Below, in pieces: positions 1 through 55,684 of a stretch of 64,000 nt of DNA. The stretch is taken from positions 145,762,001-145,826,000 of the forward strand of contig OX597817.1 of the NCBI GenBank assembly GCA_951406725.2, read 5' to 3'. The notes below the pieces were generated by a model. It worked only from the letters and a program-made list of their open reading frames with translations, was not told the origin of the DNA and searched no databases. A program made the position numbers and the translations under genes. The stretch is from Octopus vulgaris (taxonomy: Eukaryota). Each line of letters begins with the position of its first letter. The stretch's first letter is position 1.

Positions 1-211
1 TATTGATTTTTAAAGCAGATTGACTACACTTTCAGTTTATGTTACAGAGCTGTCAGAGTGAGAAAATAAGAGTAGTATGTCGTACATATTTTCAGAATAT
101 TTCAACAAGAGAAGAATTGAGATGTAGGAGAAAACTAATAACTGGCAAAATATAAAAATTCCTCATAGATAATAAAAGTTTGAAGCTAAGGGTGGGAGAA
201 AAAAAGTTATT

Positions 212-217
212 TTTATT
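212..217 (-). promoter_or_regulatory. Candidate polyadenylation signal AATAAA in the PYG 3' UTR
   Basis: tttatt on the plus strand about 180 nt past the stop. The AT-rich context makes a chance match plausible. Confidence 0.3.
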
Positions 218-397
218 ATAGGCTAATACAAGTGGGACATGTTGGAAAAATCTGCTAAACAATATCATGATTTAAGTGTGAGAATATAGTAAATCTTTTA
301 AATAGAGTTGCTAGTAAAATTTAACAAAGTTCATAGTATTATATGTCAAATACCAACAAGATAACAGAACAGCATTGCAACTTATTGAATTGCCTGC

Positions 398-42731
<42,334 letters not shown>

Positions 42732-43460
42732 GGTTGTAAAAGTTGGCGATTTGGAGTGAGTGAGAGAAGGAGTTTTAAACGAAGCTGTCGAAAAAAAACT
42801 AAATTAAAGGAGAGTTGTCCCTGACAGCCAGTGCGTCCTTCAACTACGATTCTCAAGGACGTAACCTCTCGTGCAAAGAAAGCAGCCGGATGGTTGATGT
42901 TGTTGCACTTGTTGTTGATGGTGATGGTTGTTGTTGTTGATATTGAAGCGGCGGCTGCCGCTGCTGCTGCTGCTGCTCTAATGACGGTATTTCTAGCAAC
43001 ATACGTAATCATACACGACATACAAGGTGATGTTAGCAAAGAATCGTATATCGTTCGCTGCTCTCTTCTCTACCTATCTTTCCCTTCTCTCTCTCAATCT
43101 CTCCCCCAATCTCTCTCTCTCTCTCTCTCTAATATATATGTATATATATATATATATATGTCCCTTTTCTCCTCGATCTCTCTTTTTTCTCTGTCTCTCT
43201 TCTCTTTTTCTCTCTCTCTTCTCTCACTCCACTCTTCTCTCTTTCTTCTTCATCTCTTTTCTTTCTCTCTCTCTCTAATATATATATATGTGTGTATATA
43301 TATTATATATATATATATATATGTCCCTCTTCTCCTCGATCTCTCTTCTATCTCTGTTTCCCTTCTCTTTCTCTTCTTTCACTCCATTCTTCTCTCTTTC
43401 TTCTTCATCTTTTTTGTCTCTTTCACTCTCACTCTCTCCTCTCCCCCGCACTGAGAGAAA
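42732..43460 (-). promoter_or_regulatory. Probable 5' UTR/promoter of PYG with (GCA)n, (ACA)n and GA-rich tracts
   Basis: Lies immediately upstream of the ATG and is relatively CpG-rich. The TSS cannot be determined from sequence. Confidence 0.4.
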
Positions 43461-43569
43461 TTAATTTTCTTTTTATTTCTCAGATAATTTGTTTCAACAA
43501 TTTTTATTAGAATTTATTATCGAGCAAAATATGCATCCAGATAGTGCATTGAATTTGAAAGCAAAGCTT

Positions 43570-43760
43570 TCTATGTGTGTGTGTATACATGTGTGCTCAC
43601 GTGTGTACATACATACATACATAAATACATACATACATACATACACACACGCATACACAATCATGTATGTATGTATGTATGTATGTATGTGTGTGTGTGT
43701 ATGTGTGTGTGTATGTATGTATGTATGTGTGTATGTATGTGTGTATGTATGTATATACAC
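43570..43760. repeat. (CATA)n/(TATG)n/(TG)n microsatellite
   Basis: Direct reading. Confidence 0.93.
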
Positions 43761-43934
43761 ACAGAAATTGACACATTCTCCATTCTACTTTTCTTTTGAC
43801 TTTATTTGTTATTTGTAATGTTTACAACAATGAACTTAACGTTTAACTAATCTCCCAAATCACTTTGTGTGGGTGCGCGCGCGCGCATGTTTGTGTGTAT
43901 GCGTGTGTCCGATTCCTCAGTAGATTGGAAGGTT

Positions 43935-43982
43935 TATCTACCTACCTATCTATCTATTTATATCTATCTATCTACCTATCTA

Positions 43983-44019
<37 letters not shown>

Positions 44020-44020
44020 G

Positions 44021-44051
<31 letters not shown>

Positions 44052-44106
44052 CTCTATCTATCTATTTATCTATCTCTATCTATCTATATATCTATATCTA
44101 TCTATC

Positions 44107-44177
<71 letters not shown>

Positions 44178-44232
44178 ATCTATCTATCTATCTATCTATC
44201 TGTCTGTCTGTCTGTCTGTCTATCTGTCTATC
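43935..44232. repeat. (TATC)n = GATA microsatellite
   Basis: Direct reading. Confidence 0.96.
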
Positions 44233-45267
44233 CTTTCTCAACTCTAGTTATCAACAGTATTAGAAGTTTATAGATAATTATACGGCTTAAACTGCTTAAT
44301 CATACTGTTTGCTGATAATTATACTAATTCCTGTTAATTAATACTAACTTGAGCAAAAATTCATAATACATCTATAATTTTATATATATATATTTATTTA
44401 TCAAGAAATTTTTGCAACAACGGTAAAAATATGTGATTTCACGTATATCAGCTGTGGTGGTCTCTACAGGAACTTTTATAATCATTGAATTAATAATTTT
44501 GCTTTGTGGGAAGATATTATGTCACCATCGTCATCGCCTCTGTTATCATTATCATCATTAAGCTGATTGCCATCATCATCGTTTCCAACAATATCATCAT
44601 CATTTGTAACAATATATTCAACGAACTAATGAGGGAGACCATATGCAGTCACTCAACCCGCGAGAAATAGCAATCAAATCTCCACTGCATCTCACATCGT
44701 GTCGTATTTAATAAATGGAAGCGCATAATGGATAATATTACAGTTCTGATTATACTATTTAGAAAACAATGACGGACAGGCCCGGGGCTTAATAATATAA
44801 TCTAACGTCACATACCCGTCTAATATATGTTGAGATGTTCACTAAATTTCTCTTAAATGTCATTTGTGTAGAAAATAAATAAATAAATAAAATATAGAAA
44901 AAGAGAAATGAAAAACAATAGCTAAGTTACTATTAACAATTTTCCTTCTTTTTTTCATGCTGATTTGTCTCTGAGAGTAATTCGTTCTCTGTTCTACGCC
45001 TACAAGAATATATACTTGTACATCGTAGTTAGTGATTCTGACATCTCTATTTCTATAAGTAAGGTTATATGTATGCGTCGTTGATGTAGTCTAATAATAC
45101 CAAAACGTGCTTGGAGTTGTCTCCCATGCAAGCCGATAATATATAATATAAATCGATCGCCACAGGTTTTCTAGTGATCCTTCTGATGCTACATACATTA
45201 AGTATGTTAATACTTACTTAACAAATACATATTGAATTTGCACTACCATATTTAATACAAGGAACAA

Positions 45268-45328
45268 AGTAGTAGTAGTAGTAGTAGTGGTGATGGTGGT
45301 GGTGGTGGTGGTGGTGGTTTTGGTGGTG

Positions 45329-45359
<31 letters not shown>

Positions 45360-45372
45360 CAGCAGTAGCAGC
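45268..45372. repeat. (GTA)n(GGT)n trinucleotide repeat
   Basis: Direct reading. Confidence 0.93.
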
Positions 45373-45777
45373 AACACTAATAACAATGCTTATTCAGGAA
45401 GAAGAAAATGGCTTAATAAGTAATATTTTAATTTGACCTTGGCAAGTAAGAGTGACAACTTTGGACATGTTCTGGCTTTATTAGACCTTCTCAGTGAAAC
45501 ATAAACATCTTGTAATAGTCAGATTAGCTACAATAATGTTCACAAATAGATACCAAAACTTATCATAATCTTTTACTTGTTTGAGTCATAGGACTGCGAC
45601 CATGCTGTGATACTGAGAAAAATAATCCAAGTCACAAAAATCCATTATCATAAAAATAACTGTCAAGTTAGTACCATTATGGAGAGTGGGGTAAAAATCT
45701 GATTTATAAGGATTATGTGGTGTGGAGAAGAAATCATTAGCTCAATGATTAATATTATTTTAATATATTGACTTGTA

Positions 45778-46138
45778 CTGGAGGTATGCATTAGATTAGG
45801 TATGAAGGTGTTGGAGGCATGTGTTAGAAGTATGTGTTTGTGGAATGTGTTAGAGGTACGTGTGGGAGGTATGTGCTGGAAACATGCTTTGGAGACATAT
45901 CAGAGACACATTGGAAGCAAGTGTTAGATATATATGTGCTTGAGCTGTGTACTAGAGGCATATGTTTGAAGCATGCGTTGGCAGTATCATAGGCATGTGT
46001 AAAGGACAAGTGTTGGAGGTGTATGGTGGAGATATGAGTTGGAAACGTGTCACAGACATGCATTGGATACACAAGTTCAAGTCATTGCCTGGAGGTATGT
46101 ATTGGAGACATGTAATAGAGGTATACATTGGAAACACA
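45778..46138. repeat. Degenerate 13-bp minisatellite (consensus near GGAGGCATGTGTT)
   Basis: ggaggcatgtgtt agaagtatgtgtt tgtggaatgtgtt agaggtacgtgtg ggaggtatgtgct ... Confidence 0.8.
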
Positions 46139-46139
46139 T

Positions 46140-46390
46140 CTTCCCTGGGCATGGATACATTGAAACTCCAACGACTGGCAGCTGACTTGGCAGACACCCA
46201 TAAAATTATTAACCATCTTACTAACAAAAACTCTGGGCACCTTTTCAAACTCAACCTGTCTAACACCCGTGGACATGTTTACAAAGTCAGAAAACAGCAC
46301 AGCTCCCATGACTTTTGGAAACATTTTTTCACGCTAAGAGTTGCTGAAGCATGGAACAAACTGCCAGCATCAGTTGTTAATTGTCCTGAA
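46140..46390 (+). mobile_element. CR1-group LINE ORF2 C-terminal fragment
   Basis: TRGHVYKV...HFFTLRVAEAWNKLP motif. Confidence 0.82.
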
Positions 46391-46409
46391 TAAGCAGTGT
46401 TATTAGTGT

Positions 46410-46434
46410 TGCTGCTGCTACCACCACCACCACC

Positions 46435-46467
<33 letters not shown>

Positions 46468-46480
46468 GCTGCTACTACTA

Positions 46481-46557
<77 letters not shown>

Positions 46558-46565
46558 GCTGCTGT

Positions 46566-46614
<49 letters not shown>
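46410..46614. repeat. (CCA)n(CTA)n(CTG)n trinucleotide repeat
   Basis: Direct reading. Confidence 0.95.
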
Positions 46615-46617
<3 letters not shown>

Positions 46618-46739
46618 CTAGACACTCCTCTGACACATACCTCCAACTCATGTCTATAACACATACCTTCATCGCATGAATCCAACACATATCTCCAGCA
46701 CTTGCCTTTAACACATGCTTCCAAAGCATGGTTCTATAA

Positions 46740-46741
46740 TA

Positions 46742-46780
<39 letters not shown>

Positions 46781-47012
46781 GATAATGAAATTATTGTATA
46801 CAGTGCTCAGGTGCACCACAACTTGTCAAAAGGGCGCATAAAGCATATCCAGTAATGTGCAAATGTCTGGAAAGTGAACAGTGTATGAGTCAGATACATG
46901 CTTACGTGTGTATGGAGGGGAGAAAATCAAGTGTAGTGTTGGTGAATCTCAGGAAACATGGAAGTTTTGAAGGATGCAGTGCTCCGACAACTAACAACTG
47001 ATGCCAGCAGTC

Positions 47013-47017
<5 letters not shown>
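46740..47017 (-). mobile_element. CR1-group 3' UTR with (ATT)n tail
   Basis: Overlaps in reverse complement with the end of 46140-46390 and matches 29119-29330. Confidence 0.78.
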
Positions 47018-47052
<35 letters not shown>

Positions 47053-47279
47053 TATTATAGAAGCATGCTTTGGAAGCATGTGTTAAAGGCAAGGCCTGGA
47101 GATATGTGTTGGATTCATGCGATGAAGGCATGTGTTATAGACATGAGTTGAAGGTATGTGTCAGAAGACTGTCTAAAGAAGTGTTGGAGTCATACACTGG
47201 AGGCATGAATTGGGGAGCAGAAAGGAAAAGTTAGATGACATGGAGGACTGGAATTTATCTGAATATTGGAAAAAAGTTA

Positions 47280-47798
47280 CCGTAAATCCTCGAGTATAGG
47301 TCGCCCTTGAGTATAATATGCAGGGGATTTTTAGGGGGCTGTACCTCTGAAAAACCTAAACCTTGTGTATAATACGCCCTTCTCTAACTTGAGTTGTGCA
47401 TAATTAAGCCAGCAGCAACTAGTCGAACAAACACTTCCGCGCAAGCGTAATACAATAATGGTGATGTTCTTAACTGTTATATGGGAATGTAAATATGTTT
47501 GCAAATTGTTTTTGTTACATATTATTCTGTGTTCTGAATACTTTTATTTTAATAAATGTTGCTTACTGCAAGTTATGGATGATTCTTTTATGACTTCATT
47601 GCTTTCAAGCTTAGCTTAAGGTATTTTCACGCCCGACATCACAAAATGCATCTGAATAAATATTGCCGGACAGCAAATAGAGACTCGGACATTGCTTAGA
47701 AAATATTTTTCATTTTTAACCTTGTATATAGTACACACTAGGGAATTTGACCTTTAAATTTTTGGAAAAAAATGCAGATTATACTCAAGGATTTACGG
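47280..47798. mobile_element. Same MITE family, opposite orientation
   Basis: ccgtaaatcctcgagtata...tatactcaaggatttacgg; interior is largely the reverse complement of 6029-6523. Confidence 0.85.
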
Positions 47799-47880
47799 CA
47801 CCTGTATTGTGATGATTTGCACCAGGTATCAAAATGTTGCATGACTGCTGCTCAGTGCTATGAGAACACTTTAATTGGAC

Positions 47881-48069
47881 ATTGTGAAAACCAAGTTCCC
47901 CTTCACTGTGATGGTCCTTGGGTGCGTCTCCAGTGAGGGTGACGTCATACCACCCTAGATGTTTGAACAGGGCTTTAGGCTCAATTCAGACAGCTATGTG
48001 AAGCTACAGGAAACTATAGTCAAACCCAGGCTGGAGAAGGTGGCAGGAAGGCCATATGTATAGCAACAG
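47881..48069 (+). pseudogene. Tc1/mariner-superfamily DDE transposase fragment
   Basis: KTKFPFTVMVLGCVSSEGDVIPP*MFEQGFRLNSDSYV...GRPYV*QQ, with two stops. Confidence 0.75.
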
Positions 48070-49479
48070 GTAAGAGTCAGAAGCTGCAACATCGATATTC
48101 TTCCCTGTGTTTGTGAAATCATGTATCTCTGCCATAAGGCTTCATTTCCACACACGCCAGCTTAATTCAATTCGTCCTTAGTCGAAAGACACCTGTTATG
48201 TCCTGTTATTATTTTTATTGTATTTGTGTAACATTGTCCGTTTTTTCCGTCCTTGTTTTTGTATACATTCACTGCTTTCTTCCAAGGAATCTAATGCTCT
48301 TAGCTTAGTTTTTCCTTGGGGCTGGCCAGATTGGAGCAATCTCAAGTATAATCAACCGAAGTTGCGAGGATAATCTGGTGCTTGACTGAGGAAAGAAAAC
48401 TTTGAATGACCCATCCTTGTTTTCTTTGTATCGTCTATCTGGATGTTTTGTTGTCCCTTTTTTTGTATCACCTAGCTGTCCGGATGTTTTGCATTCTTGT
48501 CCCATTTTGTATTATATATATATATATATATAAATAATTGAGATTTAGTTGAATTAGATACTTAAGTTGAAGCACCAAGTCAGTCTGGTGTTATCTGCAC
48601 AGTTCGAAATATGGTGAATAAAATCAAAATAAGCAACAGGATATCAAGAAGTGATGCAGTATGACCTTTTCAAGTGGCTCCATTTAATTGAACAATGCAA
48701 TCATTACATCAATTTAAACACAGAGCTATCATCAGCTGCACAAATAAGTAGAATTTTAATCGGTTGGACACATCAATATGATTTTTCTCAAATACTTTAA
48801 CAGAGTAAGAAGATGGAAGAAATCCATGTTGTCACTATTTTAGCTAAGAATAGCCTACACTTCCAAGAAAGGCATGAAGCCCACTGGGGTCATAGCTTGC
48901 GAAGGATTGTGGTTCATTTCTAATTTATTTGTCTTTTTATCAACTACTAAATCTAACAAATGAAGGGCAAGAGTGAGTTGACAGCTCATGGCTAGGTATG
49001 GTTATAAATATTGTCAAGACATTAGGAGTAGTAAATTGGGTATAGAATAACTGTCTATAAAAGGAGGCTGAGTAGGGGAAGATCTTAAATCATGATGTTA
49101 ATTACCAGTTAAAGGGGCAAGACGCTAATAAACCTATGATGTTAATACAGAAGAAATTTTATCATGGGGTACTATGGGTGATTGTTTATAAACAATATTG
49201 TTATGTTGTATAAAATATAATTAAAGATTATCAAAAATGATATCATAACCAAAATAGGTAAACTGTGTGTATATATCAATTTTCAACATTAAAAAGGAAA
49301 GATTACATAGAATAGTTTAATATTCATTCATGTACTTAATTATTTACTTATTAGGTGGTTTCTATAAAGACTGCTCAGGGTATTTACTTATGGAATACTG
49401 GAAAGATAAACATGCTATCTATATATTAAGTATAAGCCAAGAATCAGAAAAAATAAAGATCTATACAGATACACACATG

Positions 49480-49750
49480 AACACATACACAAATATATAT
49501 TTACATGGATATAGTATAACCATCTCACATAGACTTAAGTAACTAAAAAGTATCTATTTACGAACAAGAAAGATAACAATTTATAAGGGATAAGAAGTTA
49601 ATAGGTTATGCATATATATGCTATATACACGTATACAAATATTTATGTTTATACGGATATAGTATAACCATCTTGCATAGACCTAAGTATCTGAAAAATC
49701 TCTATTTAAGAACAGTAACAACTTATAAGGGATAAGAGGTTAATAGGTAA
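49480..49750. repeat. Local tandem duplication with period of about 150 bp
   Basis: ggatatagtataaccatct...ttataagggataaga.gttaataggt occurs twice. Confidence 0.8.
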
Positions 49751-50220
49751 GGATATCAAAGTAAGAAAACAAAATAATAAGAATTTATAGAAAATAATAA
49801 GAAATATATATAACCTACATTTAAAGGGACAGGGTATTAAAATTTGAGCTAGGGAAGAGATAAAGGTAACTTGAAAAGAGGAGGTAGTAGGTATGGGCAT
49901 ATTGAGGGCAGTTAGAGGTATTCAGACCGAAGAGATTTCATAAGTTGCAATGTTACAGGTGCCATCACAATAATGATTTTATAGTTTCTAGGGGGTAAAT
50001 AATTAGGAGACTTACGTACATAAAAGCCATTACAAATATACATAATATGATCAGTAGGGTAGAACATCATAGAAAGGAAAAGAAAAAAAAAGAAAAATAT
50101 ATAGTTTAATCACCAAAAATATGATGGAGTCAGACTAATTAAGCAGGAATTTTCATAGGATAGTAATTACATATAGCATGCCACATATCATAACAAATAG
50201 CTTATAACTTGTAACAGTAC

Positions 50221-50463
50221 TCTGTTGCGTCTGAGGAGAGTCATTTTCTTTTTGTGCCTTATAATGTAATACACTCACTGATAACATTTCCACTTATTTC
50301 TTATTTTTATAGTCTTGACTCTTGAGTCAAGACTATTGAAAAGGTTGCAAGACACAACGAAAATTTTAGGAAAATAAAAATAAGAAATAAGTGGAAATTT
50401 TACCGGTGAGTGTGTTACATTATAAGGCACAAAAAATAAATGACTCTCCCCAGACACAACAGA
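50221..50463. repeat. Fold-back element with arms of about 85 bp and an internal palindrome
   Basis: Same family as 36157-36307; central atagtcttgactc..gagtcaagactat. Confidence 0.82.
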
Positions 50464-50810
50464 ATATGCTTCCACACACGAACTCATATAAAGGATCTTG
50501 CAAACCAAATCCAAAAACAAAATATAACAGTACTGGTATTCTTTTATTCTTTTATGTGTTTCAACCTTGAGGCTGTGGCCATGCTGGGGCACATTTCTGT
50601 AACTTAACAGTTCAGTAAAATAGACCAATGGAATAAATACCAGGCTTAAAAAAAAAGTACTGGGGTTGATTCTTTTCACTAAAAATTCTTCAAAGTGGTG
50701 CCCTAGCATGCCCACAGTCTAATGACTGAAACAAGATAAAAAGATAAAAAGTTTGGATTATTTCCTTTGTCAAAAATCCCTTCTTTATATTCTATATATT
50801 CATACACATA

Positions 50811-51210
50811 GGCATAGGAGTGGCGGTGTGGTAAGTAGCTTGTTTACCAACCACATAGTTCTGGGTTCAGTCCCACTGCATGGCACCTTGGGCAAGTGTC
50901 TTCTACTATAGCCTCGGGCCGACCAAAGCCTTGTGAGTGGATTTGGTAGACGGAAACTGAAAGAAGCCTGTCGTATATATGTGTATATATATATATATAT
51001 ATGTGTGCATCTGTGTTTGTCCCCCCAACATTGCTTGACAACCGATGCTGCTGTGTTTACGTTCCCGTAACTTAGCAGTTTGGCATAAGAGACCGATAGA
51101 ATAAGTACTAGGCTTATAAAGAATAAGTCCTGGGGTCGATTTGCTTGACTAAAGGTGGTGCTCCAGCATGGCCACAGTCAAATGACTGAAACAAGTAAAA
51201 GAGTAAAGAG
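50811..51210 (+). mobile_element. SINE family B, full length
   Basis: Same consensus. Confidence 0.88.
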
Positions 51211-51498
51211 TATATATACATTATATGATATTTTCATGCTTTTTTTTCTTATATATTTATATATCTGAATATTGGAAATGAGAAACATTATGTAATGATT
51301 TGCAATTGTTTGGCTTCCATTAAATTCTATTCATGTGTGTGTATGCATGTCTGTTTTTTTCATTTTTAATTTGGAGTTAATTTTGACTGGCCACCAACTT
51401 GGAAGCAAAGTTGTGAAGGAAAGTATCTTGTTTTGTTTATTTCCCTTCAAATTTTAAGAAGGTCTTGCTAGTTTTTATAGTCTCAGATATTTTGATCA

Positions 51499-52102
51499 TT
51501 ACCTCCACCAAGGAAGGAGGTTATGTTTTCATTGGCGTTCGTTTGTCCGTTTGTCTGTCTGTGTGCAAAATAACTCAAAAAGTTGTGAACAGTATTTGAT
51601 GAAACATGCAGAAAAAGTTAGTAATGGCACAAGGAACAGATGATGAAATTTTGGTAGTGATCCAGAAATTTTTATGGATTCTTGAAGGATTTTTCATTTG
51701 TTATATTTACTTTACATGAAGTACTACAATGTTACGTTCTTTGATTATTCCCCTTGAAAACACGTTCATCGTTTTGCGCGTAACCTATGGTGGCGTTGCT
51801 GTTTCTAAAGCATATTTTAATTTCTCTATTAGTAATTTTACTCACATATCTATCTTAAAATGAGCTGCTTGGTGGAGGTCAGCCAAGGTTGACACAACAA
51901 GCCTTGACTATTGGGACGATTTGTTTTTAAAGGGTTTTTTTTTTTTTTAAATCATATGGCTGTGTTATTTTTTTTTACACCCACAAAGGAAGTTGTTTTT
52001 GCCAGCGTTGGTTTGGGAAATTGGGCGATTTTTAGCATGCATGTATATGGGTGGAAATGAGCTGCTTGGCGAGGTCTGTGCTCTCCAAGTGCTTTTCTAG
52101 TT
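51499..52102 (+). mobile_element. Helentron/DINE-1-like (HINE) non-autonomous element
   Basis: 5' acctccaccaagg..ggaggt hairpin, GTCY-like microsatellite, 3' inverted cttggcgaggt, ends in ctagtt. Confidence 0.6.
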
Positions 52103-52189
52103 TCTAATGTATGAATTAGGAAGTTGTGTCCTCTCCCTATTCCGCTATACCTTTGCACCAGGTGTGCTGATATATATCCTGTTTCTCCA

Positions 52190-52386
52190 ATAATAAATAA
52201 GTATGAAACTGAAAGTGTATCTTGGGTACTAGATTTGCAAAGTCCTTATAAATGTTCCTTAGATGTCCTCTTTCTCCTGTATTCTTCCAACAAGGTATCC
52301 AGAGGGCAGATGATTTCTACATTAGAGAATATTTTGTTTTTGCGATCCCACACAACAATATCTGGATGGTTGTGTTTTAACTGTAT
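52190..52386 (-). mobile_element. R4/Dong-like non-LTR restriction-like endonuclease fragment
   Basis: IQLKHNHPDIVVWDRKNK...VEIICPLD, a PD-(D/E)xK RLE pattern, followed by a frameshift. Confidence 0.7.
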
Positions 52387-52606
52387 GTATGTATGTATAT
52401 ATGTATGACCTTCCGGTCATTTCAATATGTGACCTTGTGTGTATCGTTGGCGATTTGTTTTCTCCATCTTCCCTTCCTTGGACCTTTCCTTTTCCTATGT
52501 TTCTGATGAAGAGCTTTGCTCGAAACATTAAATCTTCCTTCTTTCTTTCCTTTCCTGAACATCCAATAACACTATAATTGTTCCACGTCCTCACGTTGTT
52601 GTGTTT

Positions 52607-52828
52607 TCTCTTTACTCTTTACTCTCTTACTCTTACTTGTTTCAGTCATTTGACTGTGGCCATGCTGGAGCACCGCCTTTAGTCGAGCAAATCGACCCCG
52701 GGACTTATTCTTTGTAAGCCCAGTACTTATTCTATCGGTCTCTTTTGCCAAACCGCTAAGTGACGGGGACGTAAACACACCAGCATCGGTTGTCAAGCAA
52801 TGCTAGGGGGACAAGCACAGACACACAA

Positions 52829-52892
<64 letters not shown>

Positions 52893-53057
52893 GACAGGCT
52901 TCTTTCAGTTTCTGTCTACCAAATCTACTCACAAGGCATTGGTCAGCCCGGGGCTATAGCAGAAGACACTTGCCCAAGATGCCACGCAGCAGTGGGACTG
53001 AACCCGCAATCATGTGGTGTGTTAGCAAGCTACTTACCACACAGCCACTCCTGCGCC
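52607..53057 (-). mobile_element. SINE family B, full length
   Basis: Same consensus with expanded (CA)n(TA)n core. Confidence 0.88.
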
Positions 53058-53319
53058 TATGTTCTTTGTTCATGTTTGAATTAACTATGTATGTATGTAT
53101 GTATGTATGTATGAATGAATGAATGAATGAATGTATATATGTTCTCTTCTGTTTTTAACCCTTTAATTTCTTCCCCTGAGGAAGGAGCTGATTTATAACA
53201 AAGATATAAATTGCTAGCGTTAGAATGTAGATCAAAAATGTCACATTTTGAACTTGAGAAAGCCTTGCATATTTTTACTGTTCCACTTATAGATTGTATT
53301 TGTAATGTATACACATAAG

Positions 53320-53349
<30 letters not shown>

Positions 53350-53350
<1 letters not shown>

Positions 53351-54041
53351 GCCTCACAGAGGCAATGATGAAAGACTGAGATCTCTGGAAATATGCTGTG
53401 ACTGCAAAGACCCAACTAATAATGTGAGTTCATGGCTGTTTCCTGCACAAGTTTTGCATAGCCCCAGCCCATCGAAAGTACTTTGGATTGCAGAACGACC
53501 TGCTATGCTTGAGACCTATTGAGTCAAGTACATCAACATCAAAGTAAATATCAAACGGAAATTATAGTTGTGATACCTGTGCCAGCGGCACATAAAAAGC
53601 ACCATCCAAACATGGCCAATGCCAGTGCCGCCTAGACTGGCTTCTGTGCTGGTGGCACGTAACCTGCTGTGTTTGAGGAAACCTATTGAGTCAAGTACAT
53701 CAACATCAAAGTAAATATCAAATGGAAATTATAGTTGTGATACCTGTGCCGGTGGCACATAAAAAGCACCATCTGAACATGGCCAATGCCAGTGCCGCCT
53801 TGACTGACTTCTGTGTCGGTGGCACGTAAAAAGCACCAACTGGTTGTGGCCACTGCTGGCCAGTGGCACGTAAAATGCACCCACTACACTCATGGAGTGG
53901 TTGGTGTTAGGAAGGGCATCCAGCTGTAGAAACACTGCCAGATCAGACTGGAGCCTGGTGCAGCCTCCTGGGTTCCCAGACTCCGGTCAAACCATCCAAT
54001 CCATGCTAGCACAGAAAATGGACATTAAACAATAATGATGA
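53350..54041 (+). mobile_element. RTE 3' end with internal duplication of about 168 bp
   Basis: Family signature; acctattgagtcaagtacatc block present twice. Confidence 0.82.
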
Positions 54042-55684
54042 TATATATGTAGTGCTATGCACTATATTTATTCACAAGAGGATTAACACTTTCCTCTACT
54101 CTGTCATCTCTCTAAAACAAAACCAAAAGAATATTTTATTTTATTGTTTGTTCTTTAATTAGCCGTGATAAATGTTTCTATTTCCTTCTTCAATATGCCA
54201 TCTTTCAGCCAAATCTACCATTCTTCATCTGCTCTGTTTCCTGCTTCCCAATCTCTTCTGCAGCATATTTTGGTTTCTGCTTCTCTGTTCTCTCTATTTT
54301 CTCTCTCGCATTCTTTTTTTCCTATTTTAATACATGTATCATTAATCTTTCTGGCTTCATATACAAATACCAATATCCTATAATTATGCATTTTCTATTA
54401 TTTCAGACAGGTTTCCGTCTACTAAAGTACAAGGTACACATCTGTGTTATCAAAGGTGTATGGCATTACTGTTTATAGTTAGGATGCTACCTAACTAATC
54501 AATTATCGTTTATTTGTCTGTTGCCATGGAGTTGATTTTCACCATTGCATTTATAAGTTTGGTTAGGTGTGTTATTGTATTGAGAGAGTTCTTCATAGAG
54601 AGCTATATATATGCATTTTACGAGTGTATATAAACTTGTAGATCCTGTATTAATTGGCAATTTTTTTCAGCTTGTTTATTCTGCTTCATGTTATAATCAC
54701 TATTAGCACTATCTCCACTCTTATTCCGCACATGTGTATTCTAATTCAACAGCCTTTGTAATTTGATAAATATCCATCTCTCTGTAAGCCACATTTTTGG
54801 CCATCAGAAAACTACATGCTTATCAGCAATAGCATGGATGGTGGTTGGGTGGTCTACCCCAGGCAACACTTTTATGGGAGTGGCACTTTCAGACCTGCTG
54901 TATAAGCCTACATAAGCTGTATTGCCAGGGAAGGGGGACAGGACAAACTCGACTGCTGCTCCAGGCAGCATACACTCTAGCTACTCCACTGTTTATTAGA
55001 GTACCAAGGCTTTCCACTTGGTCGTTTATAATTAGTAATCAAGGAAATTTGTCTTGATTTCTTCGTCATTTTCCATAGACAATGATATTGTAACTCTACC
55101 ATTAGGCTTTTACTGCTCATTTGTTATTCTGGTTTGAAGATATTAGCTCCAATTTGGTGATTCATCATCATCATCATCATCATCATCATTACTATCACCA
55201 TCACCACCATCATCATCATCGTCGTCATCGTTTTTAATGTTCAATTTTCCTTACTTGCACAGGTCAGATGAAATTTATTAAGGCATGTGTTGTAGACATG
55301 AGTTGGAGGTATGTGTTAGAAGGCTGTCTAGAGAAGTGTTGGAGTCACACACTGGAGGCATGAATTGGGGAGCAGAAAGGAAAAGTTAACCAACATTCTT
55401 GTTGCCAACCTTCACCTGTTTCTAAGTAAGGTAATATTTCTCTATGACCTGACGTGCTTTCACAGAAGATTGGAAATGAAAGACATCATTTGCATGATGG
55501 CAACCCTCATTTACGACTATCACACAAAGTCAAGGCCAGGAGACAGATGTATTAAGTTGATTTTGCTACCATCCAATGATAAGATTATCTGCCAGTGAAG
55601 TCACCCTCACCACTTACTTTGTCATTATCATTATTCTTGTTCTTACTGCTGTTGTTGTTATTATTCTTGTTGTACCCTTTGAAT

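Noticed and set aside
42831-44273. 207-aa plus-strand ORF and neighbouring LSIY/VCMY ORFs
   Set aside because: Low-complexity translations of CT, TATG and TATC repeats with no domain signal.
46377-46819. Poly-L/V/I ORFs that look like membrane proteins (also 56533-56798 and 58902-59108)
   Set aside because: Trinucleotide repeats.
48100-49100. Possible Penelope 3' ORF/pLTR remnant
   Set aside because: Only faint similarity (a P.GL-like ending and resemblance to 38395-38500); too decayed to call.
50811-50885. tRNA genes at SINE heads
   Set aside because: A/B boxes are present but no convincing cloverleaf, and each continues into a SINE body.
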